From Pirellulales bacterium (GTDB lineage: Bacteria; Planctomycetota; Planctomycetia; Pirellulales; JAICIG01), in the NCBI GenBank assembly GCA_040901675.1, contig JBBDYJ010000010.1:44211-108210 (forward strand): DNA of 64,000 nucleotides. The letters run 5' to 3'. A program made the position numbers and the translations under genes. Shown here in pieces: positions 46,502-57,187 of the stretch (position 1 is its first letter; each line of letters starts with the position of its first letter). Below the pieces are notes generated by a model. It saw nothing but the letters and a program-made list of their open reading frames with translations, was not told the origin of the DNA and did not search any database.

Positions 46502-47404
46502 CTATCGCACGAAACGATACGTGCCCCCGGTCACTTCGCTAATGGCCTTGAGCATCGGCTCGCCGGCGCGGTTCATGAAGCCGATGGTGTGGATGGGAAT
46601 CGGATCACCGGTGCGGTGCTGGCCGATTTCGAAGGCCACCTGCGGATCGAACTTGCCGTCGGAGAGAAAAAATACCGCGTCGGGATCCAGGTCGAGGGCC
46701 TGGATCAGCGCCGGCAAGGGCTTCGTGAAGCCGTTGCACTGGACCTCGTTGATCCACTTCAAGGTCTGGCCGACATTCTCGCGAGTGGCTTCGGACAGGC
46801 CGCTGGCGGGCATCGGGTATGGCCCGTCGCTGAAGAAGATCACAAAGTACCGCTGCGGCGGCCGGAGCGCTTCGATCGAGCGGCGCAGCTCGCCGCGCGC
46901 CCGCCGAAACCGGGCCCCCTGCATGCTGCCCGACATGTCGACCACGAATACAAAGTGGTCCCCGTCGGCCTCGATGCCGTAGAAGCGTGCCGAATCGCCG
47001 AACGTTCGGCCGGCGGCCTGGGAGGTGGTCGCGTCGGCCACCAGCGGGCCAAATGAGTCGAAGCCGCCGCCGGCGGCCAGCGACGAAAGCTCAACCCTGG
47101 CCAGCGCGAAGTCGTCCCGTTGCGAGCCACGGCCGGCCGGTTGCGGCCTTTCGGCCAGCGGTTCGTTCGGCACCATGCTGGCCAAAGCGACAGGTTGTTC
47201 CAGCCGATCGAGTTGAGGCACGTCGGACCGATTGATCAATAGGGCTTTGATCGCGGATCGATCGGCGCCGCCCCTGTCGCCGGCCACCGCCGTCAGGGCC
47301 AGGGCCAGAACACCCACGGCATGGCAAACGGCCGAACAGCCCCAGGCGCGGACAAGCGGGTTCCGCCGCAGAGAGAACCGGACGAGATGGGCCGACGGGA
47401 ACAT
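46502..47404 (-). CDS. Membrane-anchored vWA domain protein
   Basis: N-terminal TM; FVFVVDMSGSM MIDAS, FFLSDG, IHTIGF, TGGTYRFV; start uncertain (47404/47413/47443). Confidence 0.85.
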   Translation of the reverse strand: MFPSAHLVRFSLRRNPLVRAWGCSAVCHAVGVLALALTAVAGDRGGADRSAIKALLINRSDVPQLDRLEQPVALASMVPNEPLAERPQPAGRGSQRDDFALARVELSSLAAGGGFDSFGPLVADATTSQAAGRTFGDSARFYGIEADGDHFVFVVDMSGSMQGARFRRARGELRRSIEALRPPQRYFVIFFSDGPYPMPASGLSEATRENVGQTLKWINEVQCNGFTKPLPALIQALDLDPDAVFFLSDGKFDPQVAFEIGQHRTGDPIPIHTIGFMNRAGEPMLKAISEVTGGTYRFVR

Positions 47405-47473
47405 GGCACCCATTATTACAGGCGATTTGGCGGCCGGGGTCAATCAAACTGCTTGATCAGCACAAGGTTGGCG

Positions 47474-47633
47474 GTAGCGGGACTCGCCAGAGTTCTGGTG
47501 CACGGGCCACCGGCCCGAATTCTGGCGAATCCGGCTACAGAGGAGTGACGGACCACCGGCAATGGCGGTAGCAGGACTCGCCAGAGTTCTGGCGGGGTGG
47601 AAGTCCGGCCCGAATTCTGGCGAATTCGGCTAC
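47474..47633. repeat. Two GTAG-type REP doublets (BIME/REPIN-like)
   Basis: GTAGCnGGACTCGCCAGAGTTC..GAATTCTGGCGAATnCGGCTAC at 47474-47538 and 47568-47633. Confidence 0.9.
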
Positions 47634-48632
47634 CTAAAAGAAGACCTTTTCGGCCGTCTTGATCAGCAGCCACTGGCGATCGGAGTCGGATAGAAAGTCG
47701 AGGCGGCTTCGCACCAGCTCGATCGAGTCGGTGTAGGTGTGACCCTCTTGCACCTGGTAGGGGCAGTCGGTGGCCCACATCAGCCGCTCTGGCCCGTAGG
47801 CGTCGAGCAGCCGGCGGATCATCGGCGCCAGATCGAGGTAAGGCGCTTTCTTTTTGCCCAGTGCATAAAAGGCCGAGACCTTGACATACGTGTGGCGATG
47901 CCGGGACAGGCGGCAGAGCCGATCCACGTCGGCCTCGCGCATGGTGCCGTCCACGCCGATGCGGGCGAAGTGATCGATGACCACCGGCGTCTCGGGGAAC
48001 TTGCGGCACATGCCGTCGACGGCCGCGAGCGCTTCGGGATTGATCAGGTGGCACATAGCCAGCCCTTCGTCGGCGCCGCACTGCCACATGGCTTGCATGC
48101 CGGGTCCTTCCAGCCAGCGGTCGACCGGCCCCTTGCGGGGATAGATCCTGAAGCCGCGCACGCCTTGCTTGGCCAGCGACCGCATCAGCGCGGCCGGCTC
48201 GCGGGCCGTGTCGTCGATCACGGCCACACCGGAGAACACGCCCTGGAACCGCTCGATGGTGTCGAGCATGTACGAGTTGTCGAAGCCGTAAAAACTCATC
48301 TGGATCAACACCACCCGCCCCACCCCGACAGGCCGGGCATGGGACAGCAGCTCTTCGGGAGTGAAGCTGGCGGGCTTCATTTCGTCGCGGCGGAAACCGG
48401 GCGCCAGCGGGTACTGCTGGGTATCGGGCGTCCAGACGTGGACGTGCGCATCGACGTAGCCGCCCTGGCCGTCTGCGGGGGCGTCCGAGTCGTCGTTGGG
48501 CTGCGGGCCAAAGGCCGACGAGACCGCGGGCCAGCAGGCAAAAGCCGCCCCGGCTGCCGCGCCTTTCAACATGCTTCGCCGGTCCATGCGCCGGCCACGG
48601 ACATCGATCGTGGACATCGAGATTCGGCTCAT
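47634..48632 (-). CDS. Amidohydrolase_2 family protein with Tat signal
   Basis: DRRSMLK; VDAHVHVW, IDHF, VKVSAF, RLMWATDCPY. Confidence 0.9.
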   Translation of the reverse strand: MSRISMSTIDVRGRRMDRRSMLKGAAAGAAFACWPAVSSAFGPQPNDDSDAPADGQGGYVDAHVHVWTPDTQQYPLAPGFRRDEMKPASFTPEELLSHARPVGVGRVVLIQMSFYGFDNSYMLDTIERFQGVFSGVAVIDDTAREPAALMRSLAKQGVRGFRIYPRKGPVDRWLEGPGMQAMWQCGADEGLAMCHLINPEALAAVDGMCRKFPETPVVIDHFARIGVDGTMREADVDRLCRLSRHRHTYVKVSAFYALGKKKAPYLDLAPMIRRLLDAYGPERLMWATDCPYQVQEGHTYTDSIELVRSRLDFLSDSDRQWLLIKTAEKVFF

Positions 48633-48638
48633 GCTGGT

Positions 48639-50705
48639 CTACAACTTGGGAACTTTGACCGACGACGTGCGTGGATCGGAGAAGTGTTCGGCCAGGTCGA
48701 CGCCGAAGCCGCGCGACAGCTCCCACTCGGCCCGCGCCGCCCAGGGAGTGCCGGGGTGCTCCCGCACGACTGCCTGGAGCAACTGCGTGGCACGCGCGAT
48801 GTAGTGCCTGGTCAGCTCGCCGGTGAGCGTTTCGGCGCGGGTGGTGATGGCCCAGTAGTTGGTCTTCTTGGTCGGTCCCAGCGGGTTCTTGATGACTTTG
48901 GGCTGTTTCTTGAAGGCCTCCAGGTAGGCGCCGTACTCGTAGATGCGCACCTTGTAGGCGATCATCTGCGCGACCATCAAGTCGTAGTTGGCCCGCCAGC
49001 GAGGGCTGTACTCCCGCTCGCGCAGCGGCCGCAGCCTTTCCAACGCCTTCTCCGCCTGGTCGATGTACCGCACCATGCCTTCGGCCGTTTTTTGCGCCGC
49101 GGTCGCCTCGCTCAGAAAGGCGTCCGGCCGGATCGAGAAGGTCACCGGCACCACGCAGTGCGGAGCGTGCTGGGGGTTGTACGGGTTGAAATCAGAGATG
49201 ATCTTCCAGAGCGATCTTTGCAGCTCGCTCTGATCGCGCTGGGCGGCGTACTCGGCCCTGGGACCGAGGTCGGGCAGGTAGGGGCGCATCGCCTCCAGCT
49301 CGTACTTGCGGTTGTCGCCGCGGACCAGGTTCGTCTCCGGGCTGGGCAGCATGAAGAACACGCCGCCGGTTTGGCGGGCGATCCGCACGTGCTCATAGGG
49401 GCCGAAGCCGCTGGGGTGCGCATCCCAGCGGGCCGTGAAGCCGTCGATCTGCAGTTGCTCCGGGAAAGGCGTTTCCGGTCCGCGGTCGATCTGCAGCCAG
49501 AAGGCGATCTGCGTGTCCGGATCGACCCAGCTCATATAGGCATAGGGATAGCCAAACACGGCCTCGCGGCCCAGCGCGTACACCACGCAACGCGCCTGCC
49601 GCGCCTGGTCGATGGCGGCTTCCAACTGTGCCATGTTGTCGGCCGGGTCGCCGCTTTCGTCGCTCACCAGGATCAGGGCCAACTGCCGCCGGCCCGAGGT
49701 GGCAAATCGCTGAAAGGTATGGATCGCCTGGCCGATCGCCTGGCAGGTCATTTCCTTGCCCGAGGGGTCGACCGGCACCGAACCGATGGCCGCACGGATC
49801 TCATCCAGGTTCGAAGTCGGCTTGCTGGTGTGCACCATGAAGCCGGCGCCGAAGCTGGTGACCGCGGTCCAGAGCGCATCTCCCTGGGCCGCCGCCGACA
49901 GACCCAGCTCGGCGTAGACCCGCTCGATGCGGTCGCGGATCTCCTGCTGGTCGTCCTTCATGCTTTCGGACTGGTCGAAGCACCAGATGACCAGCACCTT
50001 GTTCTTGGCCAGCATGTTCAGGATTTCGTGGGTGATGCGGTCCATCGCCTGCTGGTAATCGTCGACGACCGCCTGGGGATCGCCCAAAGTGCCTTGGGGC
50101 AGCTCCATGCCGAAATGGTTGCCCGGCATCGAAAAATCGCTGAGGTCTCCCACGCTTACCTTGGGAGCCAGTTGCGACTCGCCCAGCGCGTGGTCGTAGG
50201 TTGGCTTCGAGATGCCGACCAGGCCGCCGCCCGCCGTGCTGCTGGTCGATACCCTCGACGAGCTCACCAGGGCCAGTTCGCTGGTGGGATCGAGATTCAC
50301 ATCGACCACCTGGTTGACCAGCTCCTGCGGCCGTTCGAGCGTCGCCACGAAATTCGGCAAGACAGGTCGGATGGCCTCGGGCATGATCGCCAGCCCCAGC
50401 GCGAGAATCAGCGCCAGGTGGACCAGCATCGAGGAGCAGACGGCTATCGCCGTCCGCAGGTGGCTCGGCGGCAACGCTCGGCTCGGCAGGCCGTCGCCGG
50501 CCTGCTCGTCTTGCTGCTCGCCGGATCGACCGTTGCGCGAGCGGCGGCGGAGAAAACGGCGTCCCGTCTGGGAAAACCGTGAGCTAAAGCCACGGCCATG
50601 GGATGCTGGACGGTCCGGCTGGGACGCCGCCGGATCGGGCCGGGCCGCGACTGCTGAGTCGGAGTCCTGCCTGGGCGCACTATCACCGGACGTATCGGCA
50701 CTCAC
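48639..50705 (-). CDS. Planctomycete-type membrane-anchored vWA domain protein
   Basis: SMLVHLALILALG anchor; IWCFDQSESM, LVSDESGD, SGFGPY; HPGTPWA..AEWEL. Confidence 0.85.
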   Translation of the reverse strand: MSADTSGDSAPRQDSDSAVAARPDPAASQPDRPASHGRGFSSRFSQTGRRFLRRRSRNGRSGEQQDEQAGDGLPSRALPPSHLRTAIAVCSSMLVHLALILALGLAIMPEAIRPVLPNFVATLERPQELVNQVVDVNLDPTSELALVSSSRVSTSSTAGGGLVGISKPTYDHALGESQLAPKVSVGDLSDFSMPGNHFGMELPQGTLGDPQAVVDDYQQAMDRITHEILNMLAKNKVLVIWCFDQSESMKDDQQEIRDRIERVYAELGLSAAAQGDALWTAVTSFGAGFMVHTSKPTSNLDEIRAAIGSVPVDPSGKEMTCQAIGQAIHTFQRFATSGRRQLALILVSDESGDPADNMAQLEAAIDQARQARCVVYALGREAVFGYPYAYMSWVDPDTQIAFWLQIDRGPETPFPEQLQIDGFTARWDAHPSGFGPYEHVRIARQTGGVFFMLPSPETNLVRGDNRKYELEAMRPYLPDLGPRAEYAAQRDQSELQRSLWKIISDFNPYNPQHAPHCVVPVTFSIRPDAFLSEATAAQKTAEGMVRYIDQAEKALERLRPLREREYSPRWRANYDLMVAQMIAYKVRIYEYGAYLEAFKKQPKVIKNPLGPTKKTNYWAITTRAETLTGELTRHYIARATQLLQAVVREHPGTPWAARAEWELSRGFGVDLAEHFSDPRTSSVKVPKL

Positions 50706-50778
50706 GGCGCAAGCCTCGCGCAGGTAGGCAGTTTGTGCCCCTTGACTAGTTTAACCCCGCTGGAATGGGGAACGCAAC

Positions 50779-52281
50779 CTAGCGGATTAGCGGCACGACC
50801 AGCCGCACGAGCGTTACGACCACGACCACGCCGGCCAGGTCCAGGAGGATGCCGTAGCGGACCATCCGCAACAGCGGGATGTGCCCCGACCCGTAGACGA
50901 TGGCATTGCACGGCGTCGATACCGGCAGCATGAATCCGAGGCTGGCGCCGAAGGTCGCCCCCAAGGCCGGCTCGAGCGGGTCGGCGCCGGCCGCCTGGGC
51001 AATCGCGATGGCCACGGGCACCACGATCGTGGCCGAGGCCGTGTTGGACGTCGATTCCGAGACCAGCGTGGCGACCACGGTGGCGGCTATCAAAAGCCAC
51101 AGGCTGTCATCCGCGGGCAGAAACCCGGTGAGCCCCTCGCCGATGGCCCGCGCCAAACCGGTATCGTTGGCCAGCACGCCGAGGGCCAGCCCGCCTCCGT
51201 AGAGCAAGACCACTCCCCAGTCGATCTGGACCGCCTCGGGCCAGGTGATGGCCTTGCGCTGGCCGTCGCCCGGCAGCAGAAACAAGAGCACGGCGCCGAT
51301 AATCGCCGCCACCCCCTCGGGCAGGCCGCTGGAGAGCAGGCGGTACAGGTCGCTCTGCTGCCCGGCGACCAGCGCGGCGATGCCCGGCACCACCCAGAGC
51401 ACGGCCGTCACCGCGAAGGCCGCCAGCGCCGAGCGCTGGCCGCGGGTCCACGGCCCCAGCGTCTCGCGCTGGCGAGCCAGCAGCTCGCTGCTGCCGGCGA
51501 AGCGCTTGACGCCGGCCGGGCAGAAGTAATTCAGGTAGCAGAACAGGTACAGGTAGAGGCAGATGACAATCGGCGTGCCGATGAGCATCCACTTTAGAAA
51601 CGGGACCTCGACGTCCAGCGACCGGCGGATAAAACTCAGTCCGATCAGGTTGGGCGGGGTGCCGACCGGCGTGGCCAGCCCGCCGATCGAAGCGGCAAAG
51701 GCCGTCATGAGCATCAACCCCGTCGCGTAGCGGCGGTCGATGGCCGGGCCGCCCGCTTTCTCCTGCTCGAACAGGAAGTTGAGGATCGACAGGCCGATGG
51801 CGAACATCATAGCCGTGGTGGCGGTGTTGGAGATGCAGGCCGACATGAGGGCCGTCACGGCGCCGAAGGCGAACAGGATACGGCCGGGACTGGCGCCGAC
51901 CCAGCCGAGCGAGAGCACGGCGAAGGCCAGCCGCCGATCGAGCCTGTGCAGAAAGATGGCCCGCGCCAGGATGAACGAGCCGATGAACAGGAACATCAGC
52001 GGATCGGCGAAGGGGGCAAAGACCTGGCGGGCCGGCGCCACCCGCAGCAAGACGCAAGCCGCCGCCCCGGCCAGTGCCGTCACCGGCATCGGCAGCGCCT
52101 CGGTGACCCAGAGCACGACGACGGCGGCCATCACGGCGGCCAGCCGGTGGGCCTCGGTCGACAGGCCGGTCGCCGGCCAGAACAGCACGGCGGCAAAGGC
52201 CAGCGGCGCCAGCACGAGCCCCAGCCGAACGCGGGCCCGTTCGAAGGAGCGTTCCAGGGGGCTCAGGCTGGTGTCGATCAC
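50779..52281 (-). CDS. DASS/SLC13 sodium:anion symporter
   Basis: LWVTEALP, ISNTATTAMM, SIGGLATPVGTPPN, SNTAS, FMLPVSTPCNAIVY. Confidence 0.93.
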   Translation of the reverse strand: MIDTSLSPLERSFERARVRLGLVLAPLAFAAVLFWPATGLSTEAHRLAAVMAAVVVLWVTEALPMPVTALAGAAACVLLRVAPARQVFAPFADPLMFLFIGSFILARAIFLHRLDRRLAFAVLSLGWVGASPGRILFAFGAVTALMSACISNTATTAMMFAIGLSILNFLFEQEKAGGPAIDRRYATGLMLMTAFAASIGGLATPVGTPPNLIGLSFIRRSLDVEVPFLKWMLIGTPIVICLYLYLFCYLNYFCPAGVKRFAGSSELLARQRETLGPWTRGQRSALAAFAVTAVLWVVPGIAALVAGQQSDLYRLLSSGLPEGVAAIIGAVLLFLLPGDGQRKAITWPEAVQIDWGVVLLYGGGLALGVLANDTGLARAIGEGLTGFLPADDSLWLLIAATVVATLVSESTSNTASATIVVPVAIAIAQAAGADPLEPALGATFGASLGFMLPVSTPCNAIVYGSGHIPLLRMVRYGILLDLAGVVVVVTLVRLVVPLIR

Positions 52282-52293
52282 GACGCGCTAGGG

Positions 52294-52656
52294 CTACTCC
52301 TTTTGTTCGCCGCGCCGCTCCTTGAGTCGGACGGCCTTGCCGACGCGCTCGCGGAGGAAGTAGAGCTTGGCCCGGCGGACAATGCCGGATCGTTTGACTT
52401 CGATGCGGGCGATGCGCGGGGAGTGCAGGGGAAACTTGCGCTCGACCCCTTCGCCCTGCACGATGCGGCGGACCACGAACATCTCGCGGGTGCCCGAGCC
52501 GCTGCGGGCGATGACGACGCCGTTGAAGATCTGGATCCGCTCCTTCTCGCCTTCCAGGATGCGGGTGTGCACGTCGACCGTGTCGCCGATCTTGAAGTTG
52601 GGAATCTCCGGCTTCAGGTTCGGTTTCTCGACCAGGTCGAGCAATCGCTGGCTCAT
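52294..52656 (-). CDS. rplS: 50S ribosomal protein L19
   Basis: [40 protein letters not shown]. Confidence 0.98.
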   Translation of the reverse strand: MSQRLLDLVEKPNLKPEIPNFKIGDTVDVHTRILEGEKERIQIFNGVVIARSGSGTREMFVVRRIVQGEGVERKFPLHSPRIARIEVKRSGIVRRAKLYFLRERVGKAVRLKERRGEQKE

Positions 52657-53345
52657 TGGGGTTCTTCCTTTCGATGCTTGTTCCGCTCTTGTGTTCTCAA
52701 AACGCTCTGTTCCATCCGCCAGCGAGCAATCTCCTGGTGGTTGCCGCTCAACAGCACTTCCGGCACTTCGTGCCCCCGGAATTCCCGCGGCCGCGTGTAC
52801 TGCGAAAACTCCAGCAATCGCCGGCCTCCCGAAAACGAATCCTGGCTGCTGCTGCGCTCGTCGCCCAGCACTCCGGGCACCAGGCGAATCACCGCGTCGA
52901 TCAGCACCATGGCGGCCACTTCGCCTCCATTGAGGACGAAGTCGCCGATGCTCACCTGGTCCGGCTGCAGGATGTCGATCACTCGTTCGTCAAAACCCTC
53001 ATATCGTCCGCACAACAACAGCAACCGGTCGTTGGCGGCCAGTTGCTCGACCAGCGGCTGATCCAACCTCCGCCCTTGCGGCGACAACAGCACCAGGTGC
53101 CCGGCTTGGGGGCACATGGCCTGCACCGCCTCCACGCACTCGACCACCGGCTTGACCATCAGCACCATGCCGGGCCCGCCGCCGAACGGCCGATCGTCGA
53201 CCGGCTTGTGCCGGCCCTCGGCCCAGTCGCGGATGTTGTGCAACCGCACGTCGACCAGGCCGCGCTCGATCGCCAGCTTCAACAGGCTTTGCCCCAGGTA
53301 ACCGGGAAACATCTCCGGAAACAAGGTCAGCACGTCGAAGCGCAT
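52653..53345 (-). CDS. trmD: tRNA (guanine-N1)-methyltransferase
   Basis: [52 protein letters not shown]. Confidence 0.98.
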   Translation of the reverse strand: MRFDVLTLFPEMFPGYLGQSLLKLAIERGLVDVRLHNIRDWAEGRHKPVDDRPFGGGPGMVLMVKPVVECVEAVQAMCPQAGHLVLLSPQGRRLDQPLVEQLAANDRLLLLCGRYEGFDERVIDILQPDQVSIGDFVLNGGEVAAMVLIDAVIRLVPGVLGDERSSSQDSFSGGRRLLEFSQYTRPREFRGHEVPEVLLSGNHQEIARWRMEQSVLRTQERNKHRKEEPQ

Positions 53346-53421
53346 GGCTCAACCGCAAAAGCTCGGTGCCCCCGGTAGCAGGCACACTGGGTGTGCCGTG
53401 GCCTCCTTAAGTTTTCCGTTT

Positions 53422-53874
53422 TCACTCCGCGGGTGCCTCGCCGGCCTCGCCCGCTGGCGCCTCGGCCGGCTGCTCGGCGGGTGGTGCCGGCTCGGCGGCG
53501 GCCACCGGCTGGGCGGCCGCTGGTTCGGTCCTGGGCTGGGGCACGTAGACCGGTTCGGGCGGCGGCGGAACTTCCTTGGGCTGGGCCAGCCGTTCGCGGG
53601 CCGCCTGCTGGGCATCGACGCGGACGCCCTGGGGGCCATACTTCTTGATGAACACGCTCACCTTTTCGCTCGGCTGAGCGCCGACCGACAGCCAGTAGCT
53701 GAGCCGTTCGGTCGCCAGCACGACGCGGGCGTCGGTGTCGGCGATCATCGGGTCGTAGGTGCCCAGCTCTTCCAGCACTTTGCCGTCGCGCGGGTGGCGC
53801 GAATCGACGGCGCAGATGCGAAAGAACGGCCGGTGCTTGCGGCCCATTTTTTTCATGCGGATTTTTACAGCCAA
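53422..53874 (-). CDS. rpsP: 30S ribosomal protein S16 (long Pro/Ala/Glu tail)
   Basis: AVKIRMKKMGRKHRPFFRI..RDGKVLEELGTYDP..WLSVGAQPS; TTG start with AGGAGG. Confidence 0.95.
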   Translation of the reverse strand: MAVKIRMKKMGRKHRPFFRICAVDSRHPRDGKVLEELGTYDPMIADTDARVVLATERLSYWLSVGAQPSEKVSVFIKKYGPQGVRVDAQQAARERLAQPKEVPPPPEPVYVPQPRTEPAAAQPVAAAEPAPPAEQPAEAPAGEAGEAPAE

Positions 53875-53894
53875 ATCGGTCCTCCTGTGGGTGG

Positions 53895-55403
53895 TTAGTT
53901 GTTTCGAGTCGGATCGCCCGGCCCTTTCTTGCGTTTTTCCTCGCGCTTGCGGCGGCGGGCTTCTTTTTCGCGCTGCTCCTTGAGCCGCTTGCGCTCCTGG
54001 CTGGTCAACCGCTTGCCCGTGTCGCGTTTTTGCCGGGTGAGCGTGCCGCCCGGATCGAGCGCGCCCCCCTTCTGCAGTTGCTGCACGGTCTTCAGCCGGT
54101 CGCGGACGCCCATGCCGGCCATCCGCTTCATGATGTCGGCCATGCCGTCGAACTGCTTGACCAGGGCGTTGACCTCCGAGGGCTCCACGCCGGCGCCGGC
54201 CGCGATCCGCCGCCGGCGGCTCTGGTCGATCACGCGCGAGGGGTTGCGCCGCTCGTCGGCGGTCATCGAGTCGACGATCCCGCAGAGCCGGTTCATGTCG
54301 GCCTCGGCGTCGACGTTGTCCATCATCTGCCCCAGGCCGTTGAGCCCGGGGATCATGCCCATGATCTTGTTCAAGGGCCCCAGCCTGCGCGTCTGGGTCA
54401 TCAGCTTGCGGAAGTCGTCCAGGGTGAACTCGCCCTTGCGGAGCCGTTCTTCCTGGACCTGCATCTCGTCCTGGTCGAACTTCTGCTGGGCTTGCTCGAC
54501 CAGCGTGAGCACGTCGCCCTGTCCCAGGATGCGGCCGGCCATGCGGTCGGGGTGGAATTCTTCCAGGGCGTCGAGATGCTCGCCGGTGCCGATGAACTTC
54601 AGCGGCACGCCGGTCACCGCCTTGACGCTCAAGGCCGCCCCGCCGCGGGCGTCGCCGTCGAGCTTGGTCATGATCACGCCGTCGAGCTCCAAGGCCTCGT
54701 TGAAAGCCTTGGCGCTGTTCACGGCATCCTGGCCGGTCATGCCGTCGACCACCAGGTACACCTGCTCGGGACTGACGCGGCGGTCGATGCGCTTGAGCTG
54801 TTCCATCAGCTCTTCGTCGATGTGCAGCCGGCCGGCCGTATCGAGCACGACCACCTCGGCGCCGGTCTGGCGGGCGTGCTTGACCGCGTTCTGGCAGACG
54901 GCAACCGGATCTTGCGCGCCCTCTTCGGCGTAAACCGGCAGGCCGAGCTGCTCGCCCAGCACCTGGAGCTGGTGGACGGCGGCCGGGCGCTGCAGGTCGG
55001 CGGCGACCAGCAGGGGCTTGCGGCCCCGCTGGTTGATGAGGCGGGCCAGCTTGCCGCAGGTGGTCGTTTTGCCCGAGCCTTGCAGGCCGCACATCATCAG
55101 CACGGTCACGTCGCCCCGCAGGTGCAGCGAGTGGTCGACGGGGCCCATCAGGTTGACCAGCTCGCGGTAGACGATGCCCACGACCTGCTGGCTGGGGTTG
55201 AGCGAGTTGAGCACTCGTTCGCCGACGGCCTCCTGGGAGACGCGGCCCATGAAGTCCTTGACGACCTGGATGCTGACGTCGGCTTCGAGCAGCGACTGCT
55301 GCACGAGCTGCAGGCCGTCGCGCATGTTCGCCTCGGTCAGGCGGGCCTTGCCGCTGAGCGTCTTGAACGCCGAGCTGAGACCTTGTTGGAGCGATTCAAA
55401 CAT
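53895..55403 (-). CDS. ffh: Signal recognition particle protein
   Basis: [47 protein letters not shown]. Confidence 0.98.
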   Translation of the reverse strand: MFESLQQGLSSAFKTLSGKARLTEANMRDGLQLVQQSLLEADVSIQVVKDFMGRVSQEAVGERVLNSLNPSQQVVGIVYRELVNLMGPVDHSLHLRGDVTVLMMCGLQGSGKTTTCGKLARLINQRGRKPLLVAADLQRPAAVHQLQVLGEQLGLPVYAEEGAQDPVAVCQNAVKHARQTGAEVVVLDTAGRLHIDEELMEQLKRIDRRVSPEQVYLVVDGMTGQDAVNSAKAFNEALELDGVIMTKLDGDARGGAALSVKAVTGVPLKFIGTGEHLDALEEFHPDRMAGRILGQGDVLTLVEQAQQKFDQDEMQVQEERLRKGEFTLDDFRKLMTQTRRLGPLNKIMGMIPGLNGLGQMMDNVDAEADMNRLCGIVDSMTADERRNPSRVIDQSRRRRIAAGAGVEPSEVNALVKQFDGMADIMKRMAGMGVRDRLKTVQQLQKGGALDPGGTLTRQKRDTGKRLTSQERKRLKEQREKEARRRKREEKRKKGPGDPTRNN

Positions 55404-55798
55404 GGCCGATTAGGTACAAAGCAATCACGGACAAAGGTTTACGGCGGCGGGCCGGCGTCGGCGATAGCGCGCCTGGCTGCGCGCGGATCCCCCCGACCGC
55501 CCGCAAGAACCGTCCGCCCTCCAGCGACAAAACTGGCATTCTAGCCCATTCCATTCGGCTTTCGCAAGCCATGCCCAATGGCGGTAGTGTCCTAACAGTC
55601 TGGAGTTTCGATGAGCTATTCGCGGCGGTTCTTGGCCCCGGCAACGGGGCTACTTAAACTGGCTAGCCTGAGGCTAAAGGGTTGGCCCTGGACCGACTGC
55701 TCGGCTAGAATTCAGAGGGCGATAAAATGGTATACAAGCGTACAGATATCCGATAAGATGGAGTAGTCCCTCGCCCTGCTTTGGGAGGTTTGTGAGAT

Positions 55799-56380
55799 AT
55801 GGTGAAGGTCAAGGTTCCATCAAGGTCACCTGACGACAAGAAACTTCGCGAGCTGATTCTCTACATCTGCCATCGGTCGGAGGGCGACGCGACGTTTGGA
55901 GCTACAAAACTCAACAAGCTTCTCTTCTACTGCGATTTCCTCGCGTACACGCAGTTCGGGCGGGCAATCACGTGGCATACGTACCAGAGGCTTCCAAATG
56001 GACCTGCCCCGGTCGCCCTTCTACCGATCACGAAGGACATGGAACGGCGCAAGGAAATTGCGATTGGCGAGCACAACTACTACGGCCACAAGCAAAAGCG
56101 CACGCTCGCCCTGAGGGATGCAGACCTGTCGGTTTTTCGAGCTGAAGAAATTGCCCTTGTCGAAGAGGTTATCGAAGAATGCCGGGGCATCAACGCCACA
56201 AGGATGAGCCTCCTGTCCCACGGATTTCGTGGGTGGCAGCTTGCCGAGAATGGGGAGAACATCCCCTACGAAGTAGCCCTTGTGGATTTTGAACGCCCCA
56301 CGGAAAAAGACCTCGCCCTCGCCATGTCGATGGGCGAGGAGCTGAAAGCCCTTGCTGCGGAGTGCAAGGGCAATGATTAG
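55799..56380 (+). CDS. Panacea (DUF4065/SocA-like) antitoxin domain protein
   Basis: LILYI..TKLNKLLFYCDF..GRAIT..YQRLPNGPAP..LSH..W..IPY; lower GC; GGAGG RBS. Confidence 0.85.
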   Translation: MVKVKVPSRSPDDKKLRELILYICHRSEGDATFGATKLNKLLFYCDFLAYTQFGRAITWHTYQRLPNGPAPVALLPITKDMERRKEIAIGEHNYYGHKQKRTLALRDADLSVFRAEEIALVEEVIEECRGINATRMSLLSHGFRGWQLAENGENIPYEVALVDFERPTEKDLALAMSMGEELKALAAECKGND

Positions 56381-56635
56381 AGGGGCGCTTCGGCATCCTC
56401 AATTTGACAAGGCCGTCGAAAAGCTAGCCGCCGAATTCCCAGGAATAAAAGAGGTTATTGACGGAGCCATCTGGTCGCTTTGTCGAGAGCCGGAGGACGG
56501 CAAATTTATCCAGCGATTAGGCGTCTGGCAAGCCAGGCTCATTCCGCCCGAAGCACCCCCATCCTTCTCTTCTACGCAGTCAACAAGCGATTCTTGACCA
56601 TGTTGACGGCCGTGCTCGCTTCGCGAAGCAAGTAG
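56373..56635 (+). pseudogene. RelE/ParE-like toxin, frameshifted at a C5 run (56556-56560)
   Basis: Overlaps antitoxin stop; HPQFDKAVEKL..LCREPEDG; one extra C restores PPILLFYAVNKRFLTMLTAV..*. Confidence 0.6.
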
Positions 56636-56742
56636 GGCGTCAAGCCCCGGCAACACACTCTTAGTTCTACAACGCGGACCGACCCTCCGGCCGCAACCTC
56701 TGGTGCCGGGTGGAGTCCCAGGCACTGTCCAGTGGAGTCGAT

Positions 56743-57072
56743 ATGGAACCCGGTCCTGTCCAGACCCCGCCCGACCAGAACGACGACCGCCAGGGCGAGA
56801 ACCCGTACCGAGCGCCGGAGGAAGCAATCGAAGGCGGCCATAGGTCGCCATCAAACAGGAGGTTCTTCGCAAAGGCTTGCTATGCAACGGCCGCAGCGTA
56901 TTTGGTCTTTGGAGCTTTCTGTCTGATCGCCATCTTGATGCCGCTGCCGCCGCAGCCGCCGCAGGATGACAACCGGGGCCTGGGCGCTGTCGTTGGGCTG
57001 GTTTTCGTTGCAGTCGGAGCGTGGCTTCTGTGGACAGGGAATTGCGCACGCCGAGAAACCCCGCGAAGCTAA
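56743..57072 (+). CDS. Small two-TM protein with NPYxAP motif
   Basis: GENPYRAPEE then two hydrophobic helices; GGAG before ATG. Confidence 0.65.
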   Translation: MEPGPVQTPPDQNDDRQGENPYRAPEEAIEGGHRSPSNRRFFAKACYATAAAYLVFGAFCLIAILMPLPPQPPQDDNRGLGAVVGLVFVAVGAWLLWTGNCARRETPRS

Positions 57073-57187
57073 ACCCATGGCCCGCACGTTCCAACTCCGG
57101 CTGCGGACGATGTTCTGGTGGTGGCGCGAACCGCTCGAGGAGGCGCTGATGGCTGTGCTTCGCCTTGCTGGCCGATAAACTGGACCC

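Noticed and set aside
53875..55092. 556-aa ORF suggesting a long rpsP fusion
   Set aside because: The upstream part is an alternative frame of ffh; rpsP has its own RBS and TTG at 53874
55404..55798. Structured ncRNA, SRP RNA or tRNA upstream of ffh
   Set aside because: Only a short hairpin (GCCCCGGCAACGGGGC); no SRP, tRNA or riboswitch consensus recognised by eye; an Rfam scan would settle it
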